NCBI GenBank assembly: GCA_018669975.1
Contig: JABHSK010000001.1
Location: forward strand, 152,394 to 216,393
From: Candidatus Parcubacteria bacterium
Lineage (GTDB): Bacteria; Patescibacteriota; Patescibacteriia; UBA1558; GWA2-36-10
Length of the DNA: 64,000 nucleotides
Reading direction: 5' to 3'
Below, in pieces: positions 1-8,659 of this stretch. Made by a program: the position numbers and the translations under genes. Within the stretch, counting starts at the first letter, position 1; each line of letters starts with the position of its first letter. Under the pieces are notes generated by a model. That model ran no database searches, was not told where the DNA came from, and saw only the letters and a list, made by a program, of their open reading frames with translations.

Positions 1-611
1 TCATCCAACATTAAATCAGTTTGTGCAGAAAATTTACTTACAAATTCTTTTGCTTGTTTATTTTTGGGATATTTTAAACCATTACCATCCTTTTTTGAAT
101 ACCCTACGTCCTCTAATATTGAAACTAGTGCTATTATAAAAAAATTCCTTATTTTTTTGGATTTAATACCTAATATTATAGTTCTTACTTTTAATATATT
201 ATCTAAATTCTCTCTAAAGACCTTTTCTAATATAGATAATTTAATATTATTTACTTTTTTAACTTTAGTGTAATCACTTAATATAAATTTTTTGGTACTA
301 ATAATATTTTTTATGTCATTTTTATTATAATCCGTTATTTTAACTACAGATAATAAATGTAAAAATGGATTAATTTCAAATCCATAATATTTATATCCTA
401 TTTCTTTAGCTGCTAGTGATGTTGTTCCTGAACCATTAAAAAAATCCACAATATATCCTTCTTTAACATCTAACTGCTTAATTATTGCGAATACTAATTC
501 TTTTGAGTAACCTTCTTTAATTTTGAACCAACGGTGTACCCTCTCTTCGTGGTTCTGGCTAAAATTGACTAAATTAGAAAACTTACTATTTTTTTTTATT
601 TCTATATTCAC
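1..611 (-). CDS. DNA methyltransferase (N4/N6 type), runs off the left edge of the window
   Basis: Not in the ORF track. Hand translation from GTG at 611 gives MNIEIKKNSKFSNLVNFSQNHEERVHRWFKIKEGYSKELV...IVDFFNGSGTTSLAAKEIGYKYYGFEINPF. This has the SAM-binding DxFxGxGTT motif and the HRWF..KEGYS N-terminus typical of site-specific MTases. Very AT-rich. Confidence 0.8.
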   Translation of the reverse strand, partial: MNIEIKKNSKFSNLVNFSQNHEERVHRWFKIKEGYSKELVFAIIKQLDVKEGYIVDFFNGSGTTSLAAKEIGYKYYGFEINPFLHLLSVVKITDYNKNDIKNIISTKKFILSDYTKVKKVNNIKLSILEKVFRENLDNILKVRTIILGIKSKKIRNFFIIALVSILEDVGYSKKDGNGLKYPKNKQAKEFVSKFSAQTDLMLD

Positions 612-736
612 TGTATAATCTCAATATTTAATTATTATTGTAATAATAACACATTTATTAATTAAAAAAAATAGCTTTTATTATTATGATTTTTATATTA
701 TAAACTAATAAAAAACTATCTTTTATCTCATTAAAA

Positions 737-1630
737 CTACAAATTATTCAAAGGATGCTTCGTCATTTGTCCACGTAAATGCTCTACGCTAGCCGCTAGA
801 TATATAGTCGTAGTTTTGATGTCACTATGACCCAGCATTCTAGATAAAGAGTAAATATCGCACCCCCCTTCAAGCATTAAAGTAGCAAAAGTATGCCTAA
901 GCTTGTGAATGCTGAAATTTATACCCGATGCACCCTTTATCACCTGTACAAGCCGCTTTAGCCCTGTGGTACTAAATCCCATGTTACGATTCAAAGAAGC
1001 AAAAAATTCTGGGCAAGTTTTATTTAATCTTTGACGTTCTATTAGATATCTCCCAAGAGTCTCAGCTAAACTATCACAAATTGGCACTACCCTATCTTTA
1101 TTACCTTTCCCTTGTCTCACAAATAAAGATTTATTTTCTAAATCAATATCTGTTAGCTTAAGATCTAATAATTCTTTGCGCCTGATACCTGCAAATATAA
1201 AAGTAGAAAATATAGCATAATTCCTATAACGTAAAAAATGATACTTATGCGGGTAATTATATACTACCTCCAGTAACCTCATAGCCTCTTGTTTTGTCAG
1301 CTTTGGAGGTATCTTCTTCTCTAGCTTTGGCACCTCAATATCCATGGCTGGATTAGTCGTCATATGTCCATTTTCAATACACCAACGGAAGAATACTACG
1401 AGTGTCTTGTGGTAACAAATATAGCTATTTGACTTCCATTTAAGCTCTACACGACCGTTAAAGAAGTGATTACGAACATTGTCACCACTCACATCTTCTA
1501 TGTGGCTAATATCAGCTTGTTTACAATAAGCATTTATAGCATGCTTATAACGTCTAATTGTGGCTGGTGAATATCCTCTGATATGCAAAGAATAATCACA
1601 AAACCTTTTCAAAAGTGTTTGAATTTCCAT
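737..1630 (-). CDS. Tyrosine recombinase/integrase (XerC/D-like)
   Basis: Catalytic set GIRRKE, GKGNKDR, HKLRH, LGH, TTIY. Start moved to ATG 1630 because the longer ORF overlaps tRNA-Thr. Confidence 0.92.
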   Translation of the reverse strand: MEIQTLLKRFCDYSLHIRGYSPATIRRYKHAINAYCKQADISHIEDVSGDNVRNHFFNGRVELKWKSNSYICYHKTLVVFFRWCIENGHMTTNPAMDIEVPKLEKKIPPKLTKQEAMRLLEVVYNYPHKYHFLRYRNYAIFSTFIFAGIRRKELLDLKLTDIDLENKSLFVRQGKGNKDRVVPICDSLAETLGRYLIERQRLNKTCPEFFASLNRNMGFSTTGLKRLVQVIKGASGINFSIHKLRHTFATLMLEGGCDIYSLSRMLGHSDIKTTTIYLAASVEHLRGQMTKHPLNNL

Positions 1631-1669
1631 AAACAAAAAACTACAATTATTAAATTGCAGTACTTTTTC

Positions 1670-1745
1670 TGGAGCCGTCGTCGAGACTTGAACTCGAGAC
1701 CCCCACCTTACCATGGTGGTGCTCTACCAACTGAGCTACGACGGC
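1670..1745 (-). tRNA. tRNA-Thr(GGT)
   Basis: GCCGTCG acceptor stem; anticodon arm CCACC-ATGGTAA-GGTGG; GTTCAA T-loop; encoded CCA. Confidence 0.95.
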
Positions 1746-1862
1746 ATAAATTATATTATAAACTTACTGATCCGCAGGTCTGTTTTTGTATTAAACAGGT
1801 CGCTTTTTTTAGTTTTTTACTATTTTTATTGCTCTAAAGTTACTTTTACACAGCTCTGTTTA

Positions 1863-1899
1863 TTACCATGGAAGTGCTCTACCACTGAGCTATGACGGC
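1863..1899 (-). pseudogene. 5' half of a second tRNA-Thr(GGT), ending at the anticodon loop
   Basis: Reverse complement GCCGTCATAGCTCAGTGGTAGAGCACTTCCATGGTAA, followed by unrelated AT-rich sequence. Confidence 0.85.
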
Positions 1900-2138
1900 T
1901 TGATCAAATTTTCTTTATCAATTCTAGATAGTTTCTTTATTTCAGCTTCCCTCTTCATAGCTTCACTCATGGTCTTGAACTCTTCTGAATAAACTATTTT
2001 AACTGGTCTTCTATGCCTAGTGTATTTAGCACCTTCTCCTGAGTTATGCTTATCTTCCCTATCTTTGAGATCAACAGTGTAGCCAGTATAAAGAGTTTCA
2101 TCTTTACACTTAGCTATATACACATAATATTTCTTCAT
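1890..2138 (-). CDS. GIY-YIG nuclease family protein (YhbQ/YazA-like)
   Basis: YYVYI...LYTGYT...R...HNSGEGAKYTR...A.KRE..IK pattern. Confidence 0.9.
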   Translation of the reverse strand: MKKYYVYIAKCKDETLYTGYTVDLKDREDKHNSGEGAKYTRHRRPVKIVYSEEFKTMSEAMKREAEIKKLSRIDKENLIKPS

Positions 2139-2154
2139 TGCTCTTTATTTTAAA

Positions 2155-2239
2155 TGGTGGGCCGGGAGGGATTCGAACCCCCGAAGGCGAAGCCAGCAGG
2201 TTTACAGCCTGCCCCGTTTGACCGCTTCGGTACCGACCC
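2155..2239 (-). tRNA. tRNA-Tyr(GTA)
   Basis: Anticodon arm GCAGG-CTGTAAA-CCTGC, long variable arm, GGTTCGAATCC, CCA end. Confidence 0.95.
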
Positions 2240-2292
2240 ATAAAATGAATTAACAGCTGACAATCCTAGGGTCAACTGCTATGACAAAAAAT

Positions 2293-3180
2293 TTACTTTA
2301 AATTATCAATGCGCTCGATAAAGCTCAAAATCTTATTGTTGTCTGGATTTACTTCTTTTAATCTTTCTAAATACTGTTGAGCTAACTCTTTGTCTTGCAT
2401 AATTATACTAATATTTATCAAAAAGTCAAGTATCTTAGGGTTGTTTGGTGAAAGCACTAGAGCTCTTTGGGCTATTTTAAAAGCCTTATCCTCTTCTTCT
2501 AAGTCTAGGTATACTTCTGCCAAAGACAAGAAATGTAAATAATTATCATCTGACAGAGAAATAGATTTGATATAATCTTCCTCAGCCTGTTTAAGGTTTC
2601 CTCTTTCTCTGGCAATATTAGCTAAAGAAGAATATATACCAGCGTCTGCATTGTGGGTTATTTTCAAAAGATATTCCAAGGTCTCTTTGGCTTGGACAAA
2701 CTCCTTACGACAACGGTAGACTTCAGCTAATAATTTATAGGCATCAACATTGTGTTGTTCAACACTGACAGCATCTAGCAAAATATCTTCTGCTTTTTTA
2801 TACTCTTCACTATTTACCAATTGCTTGGCCTCTGTGATCATTTCTTCCACTGCCTGTGATTTATCTACAGCTGAAGAAAGTTGCTGATGTCCCCTACGTT
2901 TAAGGTCCTTCTCAACGCTCTTTAATTTATTATAGTATTGTTTGAATATATTATTAACTTTGTCTTGTGTTGGTGCTGTTAGACCCTTGGCTTTATTCCA
3001 TAATTCTAACCAACCTCGAAGCATCCTACTTTTAAGTATTGCTTCTTTTTGTCTTTGTACACGGATATCAGGAAGACTATCCACATTAACATTAGTTAAT
3101 AGTGGAAATTTTTTAAGCAGTGACCAGATAATAAATATCAACGCTACTACGGCAATTCCTATGAGAATAATATCAAACAT
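2293..3180 (-). CDS. Membrane-anchored TPR protein
   Basis: N-terminal TM helix followed by several TPR-like repeats. Confidence 0.8.
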   Translation of the reverse strand: MFDIILIGIAVVALIFIIWSLLKKFPLLTNVNVDSLPDIRVQRQKEAILKSRMLRGWLELWNKAKGLTAPTQDKVNNIFKQYYNKLKSVEKDLKRRGHQQLSSAVDKSQAVEEMITEAKQLVNSEEYKKAEDILLDAVSVEQHNVDAYKLLAEVYRCRKEFVQAKETLEYLLKITHNADAGIYSSLANIARERGNLKQAEEDYIKSISLSDDNYLHFLSLAEVYLDLEEEDKAFKIAQRALVLSPNNPKILDFLINISIIMQDKELAQQYLERLKEVNPDNNKILSFIERIDNLK

Positions 3181-3183
3181 AAA

Positions 3184-4059
3184 TTAAGCTTTATTTTTGC
3201 TACCAAAAATTCTAATTGTTTTAACCACCTCGGCTTGCATAGCCTCGGTAGATGGCGCTAATATTTTACGAGGATCAACCATACTGGTATCTCTGTTTGT
3301 ATCTACATGCTTTATCAAAGCCTTTTTAAAGGCTAATCGTAAATTAGTATCAATATTGATAACTGAAACACCATTCTTTATGGCCTGTTTAAAAACCTTG
3401 GTCTGCAAACCTGATCCACCATGTAAGACCAGTGGAACTTTAACTGAAGCTACGATTTTTTTCAAGCGTCTTTGGTCCACCTTCTCAATACCTTTGAAAT
3501 GACCGTGAATAGTCCCAACTGATATTGCTAGAGTGTCTACTTTTGTTTTAGCCACAAAATCAATAGCCTGCTGAGGATCGGTCATCAAATCTTTCATGTT
3601 GATCTCCCCAGTTTCTAATTTAACCATACCTTCTTTACCTAAAATAGACCCTAGTTCTGCCTGACACCAAATACCTTTTTTGTGAGCTGCAACAGCAGCC
3701 TGTTTGCTCATACGAACATTGGTGGCATAGTCTTTTTCTGAAGCATCCATGTGAACAGAGTTATAGCCAACATTAATACAATCTTTAACAATGGGCCAAT
3801 TTTTGCCGTGATCCAAATGTATAGCTATAGGCACAGACTTACCTACAGTATTAGCTAAATTAGTAATAACACCAAAAATGGTCTTTAGGTTTGAATATTT
3901 TATAGCTGACTCTGAAGTCTGAATAATTACCGGGGATTTTTCCTGCACCGCTGCCCGAACAATAGCCATGGTAATTTCAAGATTGGAAGTATTGAAAGCT
4001 CCCACAGCATACTTACCAGCTTTAGCTTTTGTTATAATTTGTTTAATTGGTACGATCAT
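3184..4059 (-). CDS. fba: Class II fructose-bisphosphate aldolase
   Basis: YAVGAFN, HLDHG, GTIHG, LVLHGGSG motifs. Confidence 0.95.
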   Translation of the reverse strand: MIVPIKQIITKAKAGKYAVGAFNTSNLEITMAIVRAAVQEKSPVIIQTSESAIKYSNLKTIFGVITNLANTVGKSVPIAIHLDHGKNWPIVKDCINVGYNSVHMDASEKDYATNVRMSKQAAVAAHKKGIWCQAELGSILGKEGMVKLETGEINMKDLMTDPQQAIDFVAKTKVDTLAISVGTIHGHFKGIEKVDQRRLKKIVASVKVPLVLHGGSGLQTKVFKQAIKNGVSVINIDTNLRLAFKKALIKHVDTNRDTSMVDPRKILAPSTEAMQAEVVKTIRIFGSKNKA

Positions 4060-4068
4060 ATTTTTGTT

Positions 4069-4836
4069 TTAAGCATTTTTAACTAACTCAGCAAAAACTT
4101 TGCCGTCTAGGCTGGCACCGCCAACTAAAACTCCTTTGATATTTTTTAAATTAGTAAACCGACTAACTGTATCCGGCGTCACACTACCTCCATAGATAAT
4201 ATTGAGAGATGATAAATGTTCACCATTCATAGCATCAACAAAACTCTGATAAACAATATCTGACATACGATCAGCTTCTTTGTCATCAATAACTTGTCCA
4301 GAACCAATTACCCAAACAGGTTCGTAGGCTAAAATAATTTGCTGACCCTCTTTGATTTTTACATCTTTGAGTGCCTCATAGACTTGGTGGATAACCACGA
4401 AGTTTGTTTTTTCTTCTTTACGTTCGTCATAGGTTTCACCTACACAAATAATAGGCACCATATCATGCTCTAATACTGCTTTAACTTTAGCGTTGATACT
4501 AGCGTCCGTTTCTCCCATAGCTCGTCTTTCTGAATGTCCTAAAATTACAAACTGACAACCGAGTATTTGTAGATTCTTTAGAGAAACCTCGCCAGTATGT
4601 GCACCGCTATCTCCAGGATAAGTATCCTGTGCTCCCAATAATACATCTGGGGTCTTGAAAACTTTAGAAACTTCACTCATAGACAAAAAACTAGGACAAA
4701 CTACCACTTTAGTTTCTTTGTCTATTTTATTTTTCTTAACTAGACTTTTTAATTCCTTAGCCTCTTCAACAGCCTGATCGACTGTCAACTGCATTTTCCA
4801 GTTGGCTATTATTATTTTTTCAAAAGATTTATCCAT
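4069..4836 (-). CDS. tpiA: Triosephosphate isomerase
   Basis: ANWKM, GHSERR, AYEPVW, YGGSV, LVGGAS motifs. Confidence 0.97.
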   Translation of the reverse strand: MDKSFEKIIIANWKMQLTVDQAVEEAKELKSLVKKNKIDKETKVVVCPSFLSMSEVSKVFKTPDVLLGAQDTYPGDSGAHTGEVSLKNLQILGCQFVILGHSERRAMGETDASINAKVKAVLEHDMVPIICVGETYDERKEEKTNFVVIHQVYEALKDVKIKEGQQIILAYEPVWVIGSGQVIDDKEADRMSDIVYQSFVDAMNGEHLSSLNIIYGGSVTPDTVSRFTNLKNIKGVLVGGASLDGKVFAELVKNA

Positions 4837-5323
4837 AATATTGAAATATATTACTAATTCCTAAGGTTAATAAAGTGACAATCACGCCTGATATAATAGC
4901 GCCGAGGGCTATAAATAAAAAGGCTGATCTTTTTTCTATCCCAAATAACCAAGCGGCCAATGAACCTGTCCAAACACCGGTAACTGGCAAGGGTATGGCC
5001 ACAAATATCATCAAAGCTATACTGCCCCAAATATCATACTTATGTGCAAACCTCTTACGCGTACGGTTGAACAACCAGTCAAAAAACTTTTTTGCCCACT
5101 TAAAATGTTTTATCAAATACTTTGAAACAGGCTCTATCAAATAAATAATGAACACCGCTGGAACAAAAGCACCTAAAACTGACAAACCAAATGCCTGCCA
5201 AATTGGCAAAGCAAAATTTTCTAAAGCTATCGGAATAGACGCTCTAAGTTCTGCAATTGGCAGCATGGCCAACAAAAATGTAGCTAGCTGCGGTGATATA
5301 TGATTAATCCACTCCAAATCCAT
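4829..5323 (-). CDS. Small multidrug export family membrane protein (COG2426-like)
   Basis: MLPIAELRASIP and FVAIPLPVTGVWTG signatures. Confidence 0.85.
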   Translation of the reverse strand: MDLEWINHISPQLATFLLAMLPIAELRASIPIALENFALPIWQAFGLSVLGAFVPAVFIIYLIEPVSKYLIKHFKWAKKFFDWLFNRTRKRFAHKYDIWGSIALMIFVAIPLPVTGVWTGSLAAWLFGIEKRSAFLFIALGAIISGVIVTLLTLGISNIFQYYG

Positions 5324-5353
5324 AACTATAATTATTATAAAACAGAAATACTA

Positions 5354-6283
5354 TTAATGCCAGGCAAAATTTTCAAAAACCCAAGTTGATAAAGCCTTTA
5401 GATCTTGAAAACGATCTGCGTTTGTATCAGAGCCCAAAACTACCGAGATAATCTCTATACCGTCATGCCCATCGATCTCTGCTACCAAACAATATCCAGC
5501 TGAATTTATATGACCAGTTTTACCAGCACTAATATCTAAATAAGAACCTAATAAATAATTAGTTGAATGTATCTTGTGCAACTTACCACTAATAGCTTGG
5601 AAACTGTAAGTACGATGAGTTGTTGCCTCTCGGATATCCTCTTGAGCAAAAGCGACTTGAGCCAAATCAATAATCTCCAGGGCTGTAGAAACATTATAAT
5701 CTGACAGACCAGTGACATCCACAAAATGTGTATTTACCAAGCCCAAAGCATCTGCTTTTTTATTCATCAGGTCTAAAAACTTTTCTTTGCCTATGCCAGT
5801 ACTACGCACTAAAGCATTGGCGCTATTGTTATCAGAGGAAATTAAAGCAGTATAAAACAAGTTCTTAACAGTCACTACTTCACCTCGCAAAATATCTGGA
5901 CTACCACCATTGGCCTCATCTTTGATATCCATGGTCACCTGTGTATTCCAGCCAGGATTATTTTCTAAAAAAACCATAACTGTCATTAACTTGGTGATAC
6001 TAGCCAATGATCTAACTTCCTCAGAGTTTTTTTGCCACAAAATAGTGCCGGTAGCCTTATCCATAACAGCCGCTGCCTCAGCTGTTATTTTAACTCCCAT
6101 GGAATTATTATTTATTTTAAATGGTACTGCAACTGTATCGGCTGACAAAATCTTATCTGACAAAACAGCCTGCGTACCACTATCTGTTTCGGTAATTGTA
6201 ATAGTTGGTAAATGAAAAGACGGAGATGATGATAATCCCAGTGACGCTACTAATATAGAAATTACTGCCCACAAATTTATCAT
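5354..6283 (-). CDS. D-alanyl-D-alanine carboxypeptidase/endopeptidase (peptidase S11)
   Basis: SITK (SxxK), SDN (SxN) and KTG motifs; signal/anchor sequence. Confidence 0.9.
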   Translation of the reverse strand: MINLWAVISILVASLGLSSSPSFHLPTITITETDSGTQAVLSDKILSADTVAVPFKINNNSMGVKITAEAAAVMDKATGTILWQKNSEEVRSLASITKLMTVMVFLENNPGWNTQVTMDIKDEANGGSPDILRGEVVTVKNLFYTALISSDNNSANALVRSTGIGKEKFLDLMNKKADALGLVNTHFVDVTGLSDYNVSTALEIIDLAQVAFAQEDIREATTHRTYSFQAISGKLHKIHSTNYLLGSYLDISAGKTGHINSAGYCLVAEIDGHDGIEIISVVLGSDTNADRFQDLKALSTWVFENFAWH

Positions 6284-6966
6284 TATAGTATATCTTCCTT
6301 ACTTAAAATCTTGTACTCTCCTGAAGCTAAACGATCTAATTTTAACTTCCCCTCTGCTATCCTAGTCAAAGTAGTCACTCTATAGCCTAACTCTTCTAGC
6401 ATACGCCTAATCTGCCGTTTCCAGCCCTGATGAATAGACATTACAAACTCACGATCATTAAATATCTCCACCTTGTCGGCTTGAGCCAGACCTTCTTCCA
6501 GATACACGCCTTGTTTGAGAGCTGGCAACAATGTTTTATTTATTTTTTTATTAACTTTAACTAAATATGTTTTCCTAACTTCAAATTTTGGATGAGTTAT
6601 TTTATAAGCTAGGTCTCCATCATTGGTTAAAAGTAATAAACCCTGTGAATTTTTATCTAACCTACCAACTGGAAAAACTTTTGGTCGTTTAGGTACTAAA
6701 GATAAAACTGTTTCAGGATTATATGGATCTTTGACTGAGCAAATATAACCAGTTGGCTTGTTTAACAAATAATAAACTTTGACCTCAGCAGATACGGGTC
6801 TACCAGACACCTCAATATTTGGACTATCTGCATCAACACTAGTAGCTACATCTTCAACTACCTGCCCATCTATTTTAACTTTGCCTTGTTTAATGAGCTC
6901 TTCGGCATTACGTCGAGAAGCTACTCCGGCAGCAGATAAAAATTTAGCTAAACGAATCTTCTTCAT
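6283..6966 (-). CDS. rluB: rRNA pseudouridine synthase (RluB/RsuA family)
   Basis: S4 domain (RLAKFL..GVASRR) and GRLD motif; downstream of scpAB. Confidence 0.85.
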   Translation of the reverse strand: MKKIRLAKFLSAAGVASRRNAEELIKQGKVKIDGQVVEDVATSVDADSPNIEVSGRPVSAEVKVYYLLNKPTGYICSVKDPYNPETVLSLVPKRPKVFPVGRLDKNSQGLLLLTNDGDLAYKITHPKFEVRKTYLVKVNKKINKTLLPALKQGVYLEEGLAQADKVEIFNDREFVMSIHQGWKRQIRRMLEELGYRVTTLTRIAEGKLKLDRLASGEYKILSKEDIL

Positions 6967-7537
6967 TTTTTTGAACTTCTTTATTTTCTTCAGGTAATTC
7001 TGTTTGTAATAGGGTTTGTAAATTTTCGTTACTGTTTAGCTTTTCATAATCGGGCAATTCTTCCGCTGAATTAACTCCTAGATGCTGCAAGAAATCTATA
7101 GTTAAAGAATATGTGGTCACCAAGTCTGCTTTCTTTTCCTGAGCCTCTATAAAACCCCTAATAAGTAAATTTCTTAAAATCAAACTACAGTTAACTCCTC
7201 TAATCTGCTCCAATTCTTCTTTACTGACTGGTTGTCTATAGGCAATAATAGTCAAAGTTTCTAAAGATGGCTTCGTTAATTCACTAGTAATCTGATCTTT
7301 AAAATACTCCCGCAAAATTTTAGCGTTTTTGGGATTAGTTGTTAATTGAATTTTTTTATTATTAACAGCCACATGTATACCGCAATCATCCTGATTGTAT
7401 TTTTCCTGCAAATCCTTGATGGCTTGTTCCACCTCTTTATCTTCGACAGATAAAAGCTTAGGCAAATCTTTAATAGCCAAAGGTTTGCCAACTGCTAATA
7501 ATAAACTTTCTAAGCCTGATAAAATATTTTTATCCAT
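6944..7537 (-). CDS. scpB: SMC-Scp complex subunit ScpB
   Basis: LETLTIIAYRQPV...IRGVN motif. Confidence 0.95.
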   Translation of the reverse strand: MDKNILSGLESLLLAVGKPLAIKDLPKLLSVEDKEVEQAIKDLQEKYNQDDCGIHVAVNNKKIQLTTNPKNAKILREYFKDQITSELTKPSLETLTIIAYRQPVSKEELEQIRGVNCSLILRNLLIRGFIEAQEKKADLVTTYSLTIDFLQHLGVNSAEELPDYEKLNSNENLQTLLQTELPEENKEVQKNEEDSFS

Positions 7538-7542
7538 ACGAA

Positions 7543-8250
7543 TTATTTTCTGTTTTTATTAATATTTAAATCACCGAATCTCTCACCTTGATAAACCTCA
7601 ATCTCTTCCTGTTTAACTAATTCTAACATTGCTAAAAAACTAACAACGACTTCGGTTTTGTCTTTTTTTTCTTTAAACAAACTACGAAAAGTAAAATTTG
7701 TTTTATCTTTAATAATATCTTTAATATGTCTAATTTTTTCACTGATAGAAATAGCTTTGGCCATTACTATTTTTGGTAAATTGACCACACGTTCTATTCT
7801 ACCCAACACATCCTTGAAAGCCGCTGCCAAACTAGTTTGGTCAACATTTGTTGGTGCAATAAACTCCTCGGAGGTGTCTAACTTAAAAGGTGTTGATCTA
7901 GTATATGAATGTTTATTTTTATTAACAAACATTTTATTCAGTTTTTTACTAGCCTCATAATACTGCCTATAAATCTTGAGTTGCTTTTCTAAATCCAAAC
8001 CATCATCTTCACCTTCCATAGAAAAATCAGGCAACAACTGCTTTGACTTTAAATAAATCAATTTTGAGGCAATTAATAAAAAATCAGCTACCTCTTCGGA
8101 AGCTAAATTTTCTGAATTTTCAATATGATCCAGATATTGATCTGTCACATTGGCCAAAGAGATTTCTGTAATCTGCAATTCGTTCTTTTCTATCAACTGC
8201 AACAACAAATCTAATGGACCTTCAAATTGCTCTAATTGTATTTTATGCAT
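7543..8250 (-). CDS. scpA: Segregation/condensation protein A
   Basis: FEGPLDLLLQLI and FLAMLEL motifs; start moved to ATG 8250. Confidence 0.95.
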   Translation of the reverse strand: MHKIQLEQFEGPLDLLLQLIEKNELQITEISLANVTDQYLDHIENSENLASEEVADFLLIASKLIYLKSKQLLPDFSMEGEDDGLDLEKQLKIYRQYYEASKKLNKMFVNKNKHSYTRSTPFKLDTSEEFIAPTNVDQTSLAAAFKDVLGRIERVVNLPKIVMAKAISISEKIRHIKDIIKDKTNFTFRSLFKEKKDKTEVVVSFLAMLELVKQEEIEVYQGERFGDLNINKNRK

Positions 8251-8313
8251 TATTTTATGATTTTTTAACAAAAATACATAGCTAATTATAGCATTTTTTA
8301 AGTATTTTTTCCA

Positions 8314-8438
8314 ATAAAAAATGGGCCTCACCACCTATTACTCCTTGGAGTATTAGATGAGGGGCCCAGACGCTACTGAGAGTTCTATGGTAAGGAGGTG
8401 AACCACTCTAGTAGCGATAAAAAATGAGCTACAAATGA
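8314..8438 (-). ncRNA. Candidate small RNA C with an anti-SD loop
   Basis: TTGACA(8473-8468)-17-TAATCT promoter. Stem 8371-8416 displays TCACCTCCTTA. Ends in a GC hairpin plus T-run. Confidence 0.45.
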
Positions 8439-8517
8439 CTCAGTAGATTAGTAAATTAAAGGACTTTTGTCAATGTTTATACTAGATTTAAAGCATATTT
8501 TAGCTAAAATTAGCAAA

Positions 8518-8622
8518 AAGAAAAAGCCCCTACTAAAAGTAGGGGCTCCACCGCAGGGACGGGGGGATTGGAGGGAGATCGTCCACTGCAGTGAGGCATT
8601 CGAATGCCATAGAAAGTGCTGT
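8518..8622 (-). ncRNA. Candidate small RNA B with a C-rich loop
   Basis: TTTACA...TATTAT promoter. Hairpin CACTGCAGTGGACG-[ATCTCCCTCCAATCCCCC]-CGTCCCTGCGGTG. Terminator GCCCCTAC-TTTTA-GTAGGGGC-TTTTT. Confidence 0.45.
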
Positions 8623-8659
8623 ACTCTTATAATATACACTAAAATAATATTTTGTAAAA

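Larger units (their letters stand above)
1..1862. mobile_element. Right end of a putative tRNA-Thr-targeting integrative element
   Basis: Integrase next to a tRNA, methyltransferase cargo, lower GC, and a truncated tRNA-Thr half marking a candidate att junction at ~1863. Confidence 0.6.

Noticed and set aside
1631-1714. N-terminal extension of the integrase ORF
   Set aside because: It overlaps tRNA-Thr; ATG 1630 is the plausible start.
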